DNA of 64,000 bases from Sminthopsis crassicaudata (lineage: Eukaryota): assembly GCF_048593235.1 (NCBI RefSeq), contig NC_133617.1, positions 13,149,607 to 13,213,606 of the forward strand. The letters run 5' to 3'. Position numbers and translations under genes: made by a program. Below, in pieces: positions 12,260 to 51,378 of the stretch. Position 1 is the first letter of the stretch. Each line of letters opens with the position of its first letter. The notes below the pieces were generated by a model that worked only from the letters and a program-made list of their open reading frames with translations, ran no database searches and had not been told where the DNA came from.

Positions 12260-14499
12260 NNNNNNNNNNNNNNNNNNNNNNNNNNNNNNNNNNNNNNNNN
12301 NNNNNNNNNNNNNNNNNNNNNNNNNNNNNNNNNNNNNNNNNNNNNNNNNNNNNNNNNNNNNNNNNNNNNNNNNNNNNNNNNNNNNNNNNNNNNNNNNNNN
12401 NNNNNNNNNNNNNNNNNNNNNNNNNNNNNNNNNNNNNNNNNNNNNNNNNNNNNNGTTCCAAAAGCTAAGCCCACATACAAAAATCAGGAACACATGTAGC
12501 TGCCTCTTTGGAAATAACGTTTTAATCTATTTTAATTGACAGTTACAAAAAGAAAAAAAAAAAACAAAAACAAAAAACAACCCAAACACTGCAGTTTTTA
12601 AACAGCTCTGAGAACTTAACACTGTTTCCTTTACCTGCGATTGGGCAGTTCCAGTCCCAAACCATAAGATCCTACCAAAGAGAAGCCCGACTCTGCCATA
12701 GCCGCTGGGGCCACCGCACTAGGAACAATCTGGCACCTTCGGGGCTGTGGGAAGTGTGCGCTTGAAGGTCACTGACACCAGCGCGGGCAGTCAGCAGGGA
12801 GGCTGTCTCTGTGTGGCGGCCATGGGAATCCCCTGGGAGGGAAGGCGCTTAATTCTCCACGTATCTGCCGGCAGAGACTTTTGGGTGGCGCCAGTGCGTG
12901 ACCTTAAGGTGCTTTGGTTTGTTATACCGACTTTCAGTGAGCAGCCGGCAGCTGGGAGAGTGTAGAGGATGGGCAGCCCTGTTCTGCTGGATCCAGCTGC
13001 AGTGACGGGGAGCTCACTACCTCGCAGGGTATATTTGGGGACCCCAGAAGCTGCCCCCCGCTGGCCGAGCTTGGGCCCAGCAGGAGCGGGGGATGGGAGG
13101 ATGAAGCTTCACCTCCAGCTCCCAGGCGGCTCGAGGATTCCCCGCTGCCCCTCCCTGCCCGGGCTTAATTAATCTAATCTCTTCAATGACCAGCAAGTTT
13201 CCTCCCAGAGGCCTCTGGGGCCATTACACTGAGATGGGGAAGAAGCCCAGCGTCCCAGAGCTTGGGGGGTCGAGGGAGGCAGCAGGAAGGGGGGCAGCAG
13301 GAGGGGGGCAGCCCCCTTCTGTCCCCTGGGCAGGAAGAAGGAGCCAGCCCAGCCCTGGAAGGCCAAGGCCTGAGGGAAAAGCCCGAATCCACACCAGGCG
13401 GTGCCCCCTTCCATGGACAGGAGTGGGGGCTGAGGGGCAGAGACCCCTCCTCTCCTAAAGAAGGGAGAGGGGGGCTGGGAGGCCCTGAGAAGCCTTGGGG
13501 TCCCGCCCCTCTAGTTACAGAGCGGCAAACGTGCCCAGAAAGACAGGGCGCTGAGGCACAGAAGTCAAGTTCCCCCTTGTGCCTTCCACGCCTGGATCTT
13601 GACCCGCTGCTCCCCCTGGCGGCCGCACTTGGGACTCCCAGCACCTGGAAGAGGCCAGAAAACCAGGGTGGTGCCTTGGGGGGGGGGCCGGAGCCGGAAG
13701 AGGGAGTTTAGATTCGCCTGGGACCCCTGCAGGCGCCGGCGCCTCCAGGAAGCCATCCAGCGTCTCTGACTGGGTGTATTCGTTTGGAATCATGGGAGCA
13801 CGTGGAGCACGGCGGCGCCGCCAGTCACTTCGCTCCGAGGCGCTGCCGGGACCCCAAAGGGAGGCTGGAAAAGGTCAATGGTCAACTTCAATGGTAGCTT
13901 TCAAGTGCACGAGGGAGGAACGGAGGAGGGAGNNNNNNNNNNNNNNNNNNNNNNNNNNNNNNNNNNNNNNNNNNNNNNNNNNNNNNNNNNNNNNNNNNNN
14001 NNNNNNNNNNNNNNNNNNNNNNNNNNNNNNNNNNNNNNNNNNNNNNNNNNNNNNNNNNNNNNNNCCGGAGCAGCTGCTCTCCGGGAGCCCAGGCTGACCT
14101 CGGCCGTTTCGCTGACCTTTCTATTTGGGAGCCCTGTGCGGGTCAGTACACACGGGACGCTTTGGGGCCGGCCCGGAGCCCGCCAATGTCCGGAGCCCCG
14201 GGGAGGGGGCGGGAGGCTCGAGGTCCTGGAGGGGAATAAGAGCCCACAGCTGTAAGTGGCGCCACAGCGCGCTGGGGGGGGGGGAGCCCCGTATTCTAAA
14301 GGAGGCCCCGAGATAAGACTGGGAAAGTTGGGGCCAAGCTCGGAAGGCCTGGATGCTAGGAAGAAAAATCTGGCAGCAGCAAGGAGCCGGGTTGATTTTG
14401 GAGACAGGGAAGATGTCCCGGGATCCTCTCTGTCCAAATCAGTCCCTGGCCCTGGAACTAGCCCAGGATCTGCTACATAGTAACACTGGTGCATAAAAA

Positions 14500-14860
14500 T
14501 GCCAAAAAATAACGGCAGCGGGTGCAGGAGGCGGCGGGAATGGCGCACTGATACATTGTTAGTGGAGCTGAGACTTCTCTCAGCCTTTTAGAAACAAATT
14601 TGGAATTATGCAAATAAACACAAATACCCAGTTCCCGGGGTTTAGGCTCCAAGACGAGGGAGCCACCGGTAAGAACATTGATAGCGGCCCTTTCTGTGAT
14701 AGCAAAGGATGGGAAACAAAGTGGATGCTGGGGAATGGGGGATGGCAGAGCAAAGGGCGGGACTGTGTGACACGTGATCGGATGCAGAGTGAAATCCCCA
14801 GCACCCAGATACCAGAGAGACTTTGCTTCTCATTCAGTTGTTTCACTGGCGTCTGACCCT
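14500..14860 (+). mobile_element. Old L1 ORF2 C-terminal remnant, GC-shifted
   Basis: gcactgatacattgttagtggagctg...aatttggaattatgc corresponds to the decayed TLIHCWWS...WNYA motif. Confidence 0.6.
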
Positions 14861-16154
14861 CTGGGTTTTCTTGACAAAGATCCCGGAGGGGTTGTTGGCC
14901 ATTTCCTTCCTCAGCTCAGAGATAACCGGGAGAAGTGACCCGTCCAAGGTCACACAACTTGTGTCTGAGGCTAGATTTGAACTGTTCTATCCACCTGTGT
15001 CACATGCCCCAGGTCACAAATTACTGAATCAAGACTTGTCCAGATCAAACGGACTCATCCAGAGAGCGGAGAAGGCCCGTCACAGAGAGGGGAGGGCTGC
15101 GGGTGATGTAAGAAGCAGCAAATAGCGATCAAAACTTATCTTAAAACTGCTTGCTTGATTGAAGGGGGTAAGTCAGGCCTGGGTGGTAGAAAGGCCCTGG
15201 CCTTGGAATTGTTGGGGGCGGGCTGAGCTCTGGGGGCAGGGAGGCCTGGTCCTTTTCAGGGCTGCCCCCCCACCTTTGGTCCACCTGTCACCTGACTCTC
15301 ACCTGTGGCTCCCAGAAGCTGCAGCGTGCCCACCACCGCACCCTGGCCACTGTCTGGGCAGATGAGCCAAGCCAGGTTGAGGGTCATCCATCAGTGAGTG
15401 AGAGCGGGCAGAGAGAAAGAGCTCAGTTCAATGGCCACAAAGGCTTCTGGGAATGGGCACCAGGGAGTGCTGAGAGCTGGCCAAGGATCAAAGGCAGGCA
15501 TCTCCATTTTTGTCCTGTTCCAGAGGGAGGAGGGTAAGGTCTTTGAGCAGCCGGCCTCCCTTAAATCCAATTCACCCCCAAGTGAAGGTGCTGCCCCCAG
15601 ATGCCAATCCTGAAGCAAAAGTGACTCAACATCTAATTGATTTGCTCTGGTCGAGCTATGTCTCCCCTGAGGCCAAGTTCCTTGTCTGTAAAATGGGGGC
15701 ATTACGACTTGCCAGCCTCAACTCAAGGAGGAGTTATCAAATGGAAGAGAAGACCGAGAATATATTAGTTATCTCTGAAGTGCCGGGCAAGGTGCTAGAT
15801 GCTTTACAAATATTCTCATTCCATCCTCACAACTACTCTGGGAGCACGGATTATTTTATTTTTATCTCTTCAGCTGAGGAAATTGAGGCACAAAAGTGAC
15901 TTGCCTAGGGTCAAACAGCTAGGAATTATCTAAGGCTACATGTGAATTCAGGACTTCCTGCCTCCAGATCCAGATTCTTTACATACTATCTGGTTCCCTA
16001 AAGTGCTTTGGTATACACTGGAGATGGTATTGCTGGGAAAACTCACATGTGCAGCGTGTAATAGAGGACCACAAATTGCTTAATTGTCTGGGAGAAAAGT
16101 CCCACACCCTTTTAGGGCTGTAAAATCAGAGATCAGGATTTTTAAGGCCCCCCC

Positions 16155-16410
16155 CCCCAGCTCTGACATCCCTTGTTCTAAGCTCCCTCCCCCAGCTCTG
16201 ACATCCCCTGTTCTAAGCTCCCTCCCATCCTGACATCCCCTGTTCTAAGGTCCCTCCCAGCCCTGACATCCCCTGTTCTAAGCTCCCTCCCCCAATTCTG
16301 ACATCCCCTGTTCTAAGCTCCCTCCTCCAGTTCTGACATCCCCTGTTCTAAGCTCTCTCCCATCTTGACATCCCCTATTCTAGACCGCTCCCAGCTAGGA
16401 CATTCTCAAG
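16155..16410 (+). repeat. 33-35-bp minisatellite, about 8 copies, same family as 7712-8082
   Basis: Repeated ctgacatcccctgttctaagctccctcc(c)cag. Confidence 0.93.
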
Positions 16411-16989
16411 CAGAGCTGAAGGGAGATTGTACAGTTTAGTCACCAAGTTTCTGTTAAACACCTACTATGTGCCAGTCACTGAGAAATGCTCATGTAGCCG
16501 TAACAAGAGCTGTCGTTCATGGGATGCTTTGGGGGTTACAGAGCTCCTGGGGTATCTCGCTGATCCTCACGCCCAGCTGAGGATGCCGCTGACATCATCC
16601 CCACTTACCATGGTCCCCATGCTCTAAGGCAGAATCTGGACTTTGGCCCTCCGGAGCCCAGGGTCAGCTCTTTATCCATCACACCAGCTGGCTGGCATCT
16701 GGCTCTGGGTCCCGCCTTGGGCGCCTCCTCCCCGTGTGAACTTAATCTCTTTGAGCCTCAGTTTCCCCATCTGAAGACGGGGATTCACCAGAGCTAAGTT
16801 AAAGGTCTTTCTAGCCATCCAGCTGTGAGTCTGTGGGTCAGCAGACTGTACTTCCAGAGGAGCCGGAAGCAGAGCTGGGCCTGCCGGAGAAACAGATACC
16901 AGAAAGAGCTCAACTCTGAGGGAGTTAAAAGATGCCCAGCCTGTCCCTTTAATGGCCCCAAGAGAATCATTTCCCCATTTTCCCAAAGC

Positions 16990-17260
16990 CTCTGAGGAAC
17001 CGACAGGTTACATGTGAAACACAGCCTGGACAAATGTGCATGGGTGGGCAGCGCCTCAGGCACCGCCGCGGGATACATGGCAAACCCGGTTCGGCAGGGC
17101 GGCAGGTGCCAGGCAGTACCGCAGCAGGCGCCAAGCCTCAGCTCAGAAACAGCCGGGAAGCTCCGATTACGGGCTTCCCGAAACGGCCATCTGCACCTCC
17201 GCTCGGGTTACGGGGCCCCGTCTCCGGTTGGCGGGCATCAGCACGAGCTCCCAGGTCGTC
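16990..17260 (+). mobile_element. RTE-type LINE 3' remnant, strongly GC-shifted
   Basis: Translation DTWQT...GARQYRSRRQASAQKQ...RLRLAGIS parallels the RTE ORF C-terminus (TWET...GAVLYEQSR..AAQKK...RARIGLISH), compared from memory. Confidence 0.5.
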
Positions 17261-17719
17261 TGCGGGGATCCGGGGGGAGCCCGAGAGATTGGCTGCCTGC
17301 CCCATCACCAAGGGGGGCAGAAGGCTCCTGGTCTGGGCCTGGCAGGCCGGGCCTCTGGCTCAGGATCCTGAGCAGGGATCCGCCGTTCAGCCATTCTCCC
17401 CTGGTCTGCCAGCATTGCTCAGGGCCCTGCCCGGGAGGGGCCCAGAGAAGGCGCCTGTCCCCCGCCCCGCAGAGGGGCTCTCCTGGCCCGGGAGCTGTGA
17501 GAGCCCGCCCCACCACGGTCACCTCCTCAGACAAGCTCCCTTCCCAGCTCAGTGAGCGAGTCTCAGACTTCAGACGGCTCCATGTCCCCCTCCACCTCAA
17601 AAATGCACTCAGATAGCCCAGCGCACCCACTTTTGTATACAGTACTGATGGGCGCTGGTGGTGGCAAAAACACAAGAGGGGCCAGACACGGCTGCTTGCT
17701 TAGGCATCTAGTGTTTCAA

Positions 17720-18330
17720 GCCATCTCTCACATCTCTGCTTCTCTTCCCGTCTCTCTCTGTCCTTCCCTCTCTCCCTCCCTCTTTCTCTGTCGCTTTGTC
17801 ACCTCTCTTCTATCTCTTTCTCTGTCCCTGTCTCTCCTCTCTGTCCTTTTCTCTGTCTCTTTGTCTTTCTGTTCAGTCTCTTTCTCTGTCTCCGACGCTG
17901 TCTCTGTTTCAGTCTTTTTAGCTGTCCCTTTGTCTCTCTCTGGCTCTCTGTGTCTCCATCTTTCTCTTTCAGTCTATCTCCGTCCCTGTCTCTCTCCTCT
18001 GTTCCTGTCTCTGACTCTTTTCTCTGTCTCCATCTTTGTCTCTTTCTCTCCCTGTCCCTGTGTCTCCTCTGTCCCTTTTTGCTTCTCTGTCTCCCCCGGC
18101 TCCTGTTTCTCTCTTTCCTGCCATCTTCTCCCCACCCCCATCTCTCCCCACCTCTCTCTTGGTCCCTACTTCTCCCCTTGTCTCCCCCCACCTTTTGGTC
18201 CCCATTTCTCCCTCTCTCTCTGCCAGTTCTGGCCTCTTGGTGCTATAGCTTCCCCTGGCTCTCCTCACCCCATCCCTCCATCTCCGTCTAGCTGCCGTTT
18301 ACTTTCTTTCCCTTCTTCACTTTTCCTGTG
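17720..18330. repeat. Pyrimidine-rich (TC) low-complexity tract
   Basis: About 600 nt dominated by tct/ctc/tgtc units. Confidence 0.85.
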
Positions 18331-18589
18331 CACCCGCCCTCCACAGCCTTCCAGATCTTTCTCACTGGACCTCAATTTCCTTCTCTGTAAAATGAGCTTT
18401 TGCTCCAGAACTGAAGCCATCCCAGCCCTTAAGAAGCTGACATTCTAATGGGGGAGACAAAACGTCCCCACCGAAGCCCAGTCAGCGGGTGTGGGGTATG
18501 TCTTCAGTAGACCCGTGAGGGCAGGAAGCCATTTCCTTTTTTGTGCCGGGACCCCCATTGCTTCCCACACTGTTACTCAGTTGGGGCGA

Positions 18590-19070
18590 CTCTCTAACCC
18601 CATTTGGGGTTTTCCTGGCAAAGATACTGGAGGGCCTTGCCATTTCCTTCTCTGGCCCAAGTACAGGTAAGGAACCTGGGATCAAATGACTTGGCCCAGT
18701 CACCCAGCTGCTAAGTGCCTGATGGATTTGAACTCATGGAGATGACTTTTCCACTGTTCTACCTTGCCACCTAGCTGCCTTGGCTAGCACATAGAGGGAG
18801 CCTAATAAATGCTTGTTTGTGGTTTGCTAGATTATACTTCTCTCTCTAGAATGTAAGCTTCCTGAGGGTAGGGATTTATTTCATTTTTGTCTAGGTACCT
18901 CTATTGCCTAGCACACAGTAGGAGCTTAATGAATGCTTGTTGGCTTGACTATGTTCCTATCTGTAGCTACTCAGCAGAATATAAGTTTCTTGAGGGCTGG
19001 GACTTATTTCATTTTTGTCTTGGTGCCCCTATTGCCTAGCACATAGTAGCTTAATAAATGCTTGCTTGTG
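18590..19070. mobile_element. Mar1-like SINE followed by tandem L2 3'-tail fragments
   Basis: ttttcctggcaaagatactggag...gccatttccttctc; repeated gcctagcac(a)tagtag...ttaataaatgcttg. Confidence 0.6.
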
Positions 19071-20368
19071 CCAAAGACCCCAGCTTTTGGGAAAAGAATT
19101 CACTGTTTGACAAAAACTGCTGGGAAAATTGGAAATTAGTATGGCAGAAAATAAGGCATTGACCCACACTTAACACTGTACACCAAATAAGGTCAAAATG
19201 GGTTCATGATGTAGGCATCAAGAATGAGGTTATAAATAAATTAGAAGAGCATAGGATAGTTTACCCCCCAGATCTGTGGAAGAGGAAGGAATTTGTGACC
19301 CAAGAAGTAGAGATTATTGATCACAAAATAGAAATTTTTAATTATATTAAATTGAAAAGTTTTTGTACAAACAAAACTAATGCAAATAAGATTAGAAGGG
19401 AAGCAATGAACTGGGAAAACATTTTTACAATCAAAGGTTCTGATAAAGGCCTCATTTCCAAAATATATAGAGAATTGACTCTATAATTTATAAGAAATCA
19501 AGACATTCTCCAATTGATAAATGGTCAAAGGATATGAACAGACAATTCTCAGATGAAGACACTGAAACTATTTCTAGCCACATGAAAAGATGCTCCAAGT
19601 CATTATTAATCAGAGAAATGCAAATTAAGACAACTCTGAGATATACTATACACCTGTCAGATTGGCTAGAATGACAGGGAAAGATAATGCTCAATGTTGG
19701 AAGGGATGTGGGAAAACAGGGACACTGATACATTGTTGGTGGAGCTGTGAATACATCCAGTCATTCTGGAAGGCAATTTGGAACTATGCTCAAAAAGTTA
19801 TCAAACTGTGCATACCCTTTGACCCAGCAGCGTTACTACTGACCAACAGGATGATTTCAGAGAGGCCTGGAAAGACTGACAGGAACTGATGCTGAGTGAA
19901 ATGAGGAGGACCAGGAGATCGTTGTATACTTCAACAATACTATACATTGATCAATTCTGATGGACATGGACATCTTCCAACAATGAGATGAACCAACCCA
20001 GCTCCAGTAGTGCAGTAATGAACTGAAGCAGCTACACCCAGTGAAAGAACTCTGGGAGCTGACTATGAACCACTCCATAGAATTCCCAATCCCTCTAATT
20101 TTGTCCGCCTGCATTTTTTATTTCCTTCACAGGCTAATTGTGCACTATTTCAAAGTCCGATTTTTTTTGTACAGCAAAATGACTGTTTGGACATGTAGAC
20201 ATATATCTTATTTAATTTATACTTTAACATATGTAATATGTATTGGTCAACCTGCCATCTTCTGGGGGGGGAGGAGGGGAAAAATTGGAACAAGGGGTTT
20301 GGCAATTGTCAATGTTGTAAAATTACCCGTGCATATATAAATAAAAAGCTATAATAAAAAAAGAAAAA
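19071..20368 (+). mobile_element. 5'-truncated L1 with an internal deletion of about 180 nt
   Basis: ORF2 motifs and poly-A tail; TSD aaatgcttgcttgtg (19056-19070) / aaatgtttgtttgtg (20369-20383); junction ...ctactg|accaacagg near 19840 versus the intact stretch in the 37-38 kb copy. Confidence 0.9.
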
Positions 20369-20537
20369 AAATGTTTGTTTGTGGTTTGCTTGATTATACT
20401 TCTCTCTCTAGTCACATGTAAGCCTCTTGAGGGCAGAGACTTTTTTTTTTTTGTATTCCCAGAGCCCAGGGCAATGTCTGCCACACAGTGGTCCTAAATA
20501 AATTCTTACTGGTTAGCTGATGGCCTTTGAACTGAGC

Positions 20538-20682
20538 TTTTTTTTTGCTGAGGCAGTTGGGGTTAAGTGACTTGTCCAGGATCACACAGCTAGGAGTGTT
20601 AAGTGTCTGAGACCAGATTTGAACTCAGGTCCTGCTGACTTCAGGGCCTGTGCTCTATCCACTGCAGCACCCAGCTGCGCCT
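20538..20682 (-). mobile_element. WSINE1-type tRNA-derived SINE
   Basis: Reverse complement of ...gatagagcac...gagttcaaatctggtctcagacacttaac...; poly-T tail. Confidence 0.85.
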
Positions 20683-21842
20683 GAGCTCAGCTTTAAAGAA
20701 AACCAGGGAAACCTGGGGCAGAGAGGGAGCAGGATGACGTTCCAGGGCAGTGAGATGTGCGGTAAATGGCTCTGCAGAGCCATGCGGCCTCTCTCCGTCT
20801 CAGCCCTGATTAGCCAGACCTCGCCATCTGGAGGCAGCCGGAAGCCTGCCAGAGCATGTGCCAAGCTGAGCCCTCCAGCATCGCCCGCTATGAGCACCTG
20901 GGCTCCTCTCTCTCCAAACCACTCAGTGTCCCAGGCCTGGGGACCCCGCCCTTCCCCCCAAGCCCCCTTTTCTCTGTCCCTGCCCTCACCTCTCTGCTTC
21001 CCATCCTCATTTACAGGGCGGGGGCGGCTTCTGCCAGTCCTCTCTCACCCCTCCCATCTTACCCTCACCCAGGCGCCAAGCTAGTTCTTTGGGTCCCATC
21101 TCTCCTTAATCAGAAAAGTCTCCATGGCTCCCTGCTGTCCTGTGGGTAAAGCTTGGACTCTTGCCTGGCATTCCGGGCCTTTTGCAATCCCCCTGGCCCA
21201 CCCCCGGGCTCCTTCCGCCTGGCTCTCCGGCCGTGCCACCGCCTCATTCCGGCCGAACAGTCCCCTCTCCTTGCCCCTACACCGCCCGGCCCTCCCGCTC
21301 TGGGCCCTGCGTCATGGCGCCCCCGTGCCTGGAAGGACTTCCCCTCCCCCTCCTCCCCCACTGAATTCCTCCCCAGATCTTAAAGGGTAATTCAAAGGCC
21401 AGATGTGCGGCGGCCTCTCCCTTCTGGCGCTGCTGTCTCTCCAGCTGTGTCTTTCCTCCTCTCCAGCTTCTCTTCCTCTCTTTCCTTTCCTCTTCCTTCC
21501 TTCCCCCCTTTCTCTGTCTCCCTCCCTTTCCCCCGCTCCCTCTCCTCCTTTTTCCCTGTCCTCCTCTCTCTGGGTTCCCAGCTCCGCCGCCAGGCTCTCG
21601 GCCCCGAGCTCCCGGACTCCCGGCCCGGGTCTCCCCGCCCCGGCCCCTCCCCCGGCCCCTCCCCGGCCCCCGGCTCCCGCCCCCGGCCCTGCGCAGCCTG
21701 CAGAGGGCGTCCCGGGCCGGGGCCCGGCGCCGAGCCGCTGTTTGTGTCTCGGCGGCCGGGCGGCTCCAGACCTCGGGCCGGGGCTCGGGCCGCGCGCCCC
21801 CTCTCGCACGCCGCGGCCCCGCGCTCTCCCGGCCGCGCGCCC

Positions 21843-26311
<4,469 letters not shown>

Positions 26312-26645
26312 CCCCGGCCCAGCCCCGGGGGGCGAGGACACCATCTTGGGAGCGCCCCGGCTCTCCGGCCCCTGCGGCGGTATCAAGGACTTCTGTGGCT
26401 GCTCGCTTCTGGAAGGTGAACCTCGGCCTCCAACCAGGAGCAGAGTGTCCATCCTGCATCGCCCCTCCCCATGGGAGGCTGAGCCCACGGGACAGCAGGG
26501 GGCACCCCCCGCCTCTGAGGGGCCCAGGACACATGGGGGTCTCCATTGGGCCTAGGCCGGCCTGGGGGAGCGGCCACCAGAGACTAGCCACTCAGGGACC
26601 TCAGGAGTGGCCCCCACTCCTCCCCAGGGCCTCATTTCACACTAA

Positions 26646-26651
26646 TTTATT
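26646..26651 (-). terminator. Candidate distal poly(A) signal of CCDC157 (AATAAA)
   Basis: TTTATT on the + strand. Confidence 0.35.
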
Positions 26652-26709
26652 AGGGATACGCCTGGAAGGGCTGGAGGGCAGGCCCGGGGCCCCCCGTACC
26701 ACATGTAAC

Positions 26710-26715
26710 ATTAAA
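26710..26715 (+). terminator. Candidate poly(A) signal of RNF215 (ATTAAA)
   Basis: First AATAAA/ATTAAA hexamer after the stop; GT-rich stretch about 25 nt downstream. Confidence 0.6.
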
Positions 26716-27287
26716 CCTGAGACACTTGCAGACACGGTCTGGCGTTTCTGTCCTGGAGGCCCACAAGCCTCTGCTCGTCCCAGGCCAGCCTCCCTCCAGA
26801 GGCCACAGAGTCCAGGAGCCGGGACAGTGGAAAGACCTGGCTCCTCGGCTTCCCAGCCAGGCTGGTCTGGCTCAGGCCTGGGGGACCGGGGCAGCCTGAG
26901 GGAGCTCTAGGTTCTTGGGGGAGCTGGGATGCTGGGGCAGCCTGAGGAAGCTCTGGGTCTCCCTCTAGCCCAGTGAGGACAATCCCAAGGGCCAGGAGCT
27001 CTGGTTCTCAGTCCTGGCTGCACTATGTAAGCCCCCCTCTGTGCCTTAGTTTGCTTCTCTGTAAAGTAGGGCCAGAGGAGCTTGGAGGTCTTGGAGCTGG
27101 GGGGAGGAGGGAAGGGTCAGCTCCCCCTCGAGCCCCCCTGAGCTTCTGCTCCAGGTCACCTCGTCTCTGGCTCTGTGGCCCAGTCCGGGCCCGGGCTCTG
27201 CCCTGCCCGGTGTGGGCCCCCTGCCCCCCCTCCCCCCGTGCACACTGGGCCAAGGCGGCTGCTGGTGGGAAGGCAGAGGCCGGAGGC

Positions 27288-27293
27288 TTTATT
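27288..27293 (-). terminator. Candidate proximal poly(A) signal of CCDC157 (AATAAA)
   Basis: TTTATT on the + strand, 23 nt past the stop codon. Confidence 0.65.
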
Positions 27294-27316
27294 GATTAGT
27301 CTCTGGGCCACCCTGG

Positions 27317-50583
<23,267 letters not shown>

Positions 50584-50716
50584 TTAGCACAGTGCAGCCT
50601 GGCCCGGTCCGGTAAACGCTGGCGAAGGGGATTAGTGAAGCTGCCGGCTTCAAATCCCAGAGCCCTGTGACCCACAGCCCCCCCCCTTTTTTTTAACAAG
50701 TTAAGAACCATATTTC

Positions 50717-50857
50717 CGGGCCACTAGGGGGCGCAGTGGACAGAGCACCAGCCCTGAATTCAGGAGGACCCGAGTTCAAATCTGGTCTCAGACACTTAAC
50801 ACTTCCTGGCTGTGTGACCCTGGGCAAGTCACTTAACCCCAGCCTCAGAGGGAGAAA
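50717..50857 (+). mobile_element. WSINE1-type SINE
   Basis: Perfect TSD aagaaccatatttc (50703-50716 / 50858-50871). Confidence 0.93.
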
Positions 50858-50889
50858 AAGAACCATATTTCGATATGAGTGGAACATAT

Positions 50890-51378
50890 GAGGGGGCAGT
50901 CTGAGGGGGGGGGAGTCTGAGGGAGGAGTCTGAGGAGGGGAGTCTGAGGGGGGGCCGCAGGGAGGAGTCTGAGGGGGGAGCCTGAGGGGGACAGGGGGAC
51001 CTGAGGGGGGGCATGAAGGGGGCAGGGGGACCTGAGGGGGGGCATGAAGGGGGCAGGGGGGCCTGAGGGGGGAAGTCTGAGGGGGGCCACAGGGGGGAGG
51101 CTGAGGGGGAAGTCTGAGGGAGGAGCCTGAGAGGAGGAGTCTGAGGGGGGGAGCCTGAGGGGGGAGTCTGAGGGAGGAGTCTGAGGAGAGGAATCTGAGG
51201 GGGGCCGCAGGGAGGGGGCCTGAGGAGGGAGTCTGAGGGAGGAGCCTGAGAGGAGGAGTCTGAGGGGGGAGCCTGAGGGGGAAGTCTGAGGAGGGAGTCT
51301 GAGGGGGGAGCCTGAGGGGGAAGTCTGAGGGGGGGCCTGAAGGGGGCAGGGGGGCCTGAGGGGGAGAGTCTGAGGGGG
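50890..51378 (+). repeat. G-rich tandem repeat, core CTGAGGGGG, about 13-15-nt units, roughly 30 copies
   Basis: Repeated gtctgagggggga / gcctgaggggg. Confidence 0.92.

Noticed and set aside
12886-12892. TGGCGCC resembling a tRNA-Lys primer-binding site (also CCCCACGTTGGG at 56665-56676)
   Set aside because: Only partial matches, with no adjacent LTR end (TG...CA), gag or pol
13183-13644. 153-aa ORF containing DFCASAPCLSGHVC (EGF-like start)
   Set aside because: Only three of six EGF cysteines; the rest is low-complexity; no upstream coding exon identified
1986-14548. Long ORFs running through N gaps (1986..2831, 5873..7177, 10701..11345, 13901..14548 and others)
   Set aside because: Length comes from X codons in gaps; the flanks are SINE/L1 or GC-rich non-coding DNA
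14608-14615. Octamer ATGCAAAT suggesting an snRNA promoter
   Set aside because: Lies inside an L1 remnant; no proximal sequence element (PSE) or snRNA body nearby
17154-17180. Hairpin cgggaagc-t-ccg-ATTA-cgg-gcttcccg
   Set aside because: Short, inside a GC-shifted RTE remnant, and expected by chance at this GC content
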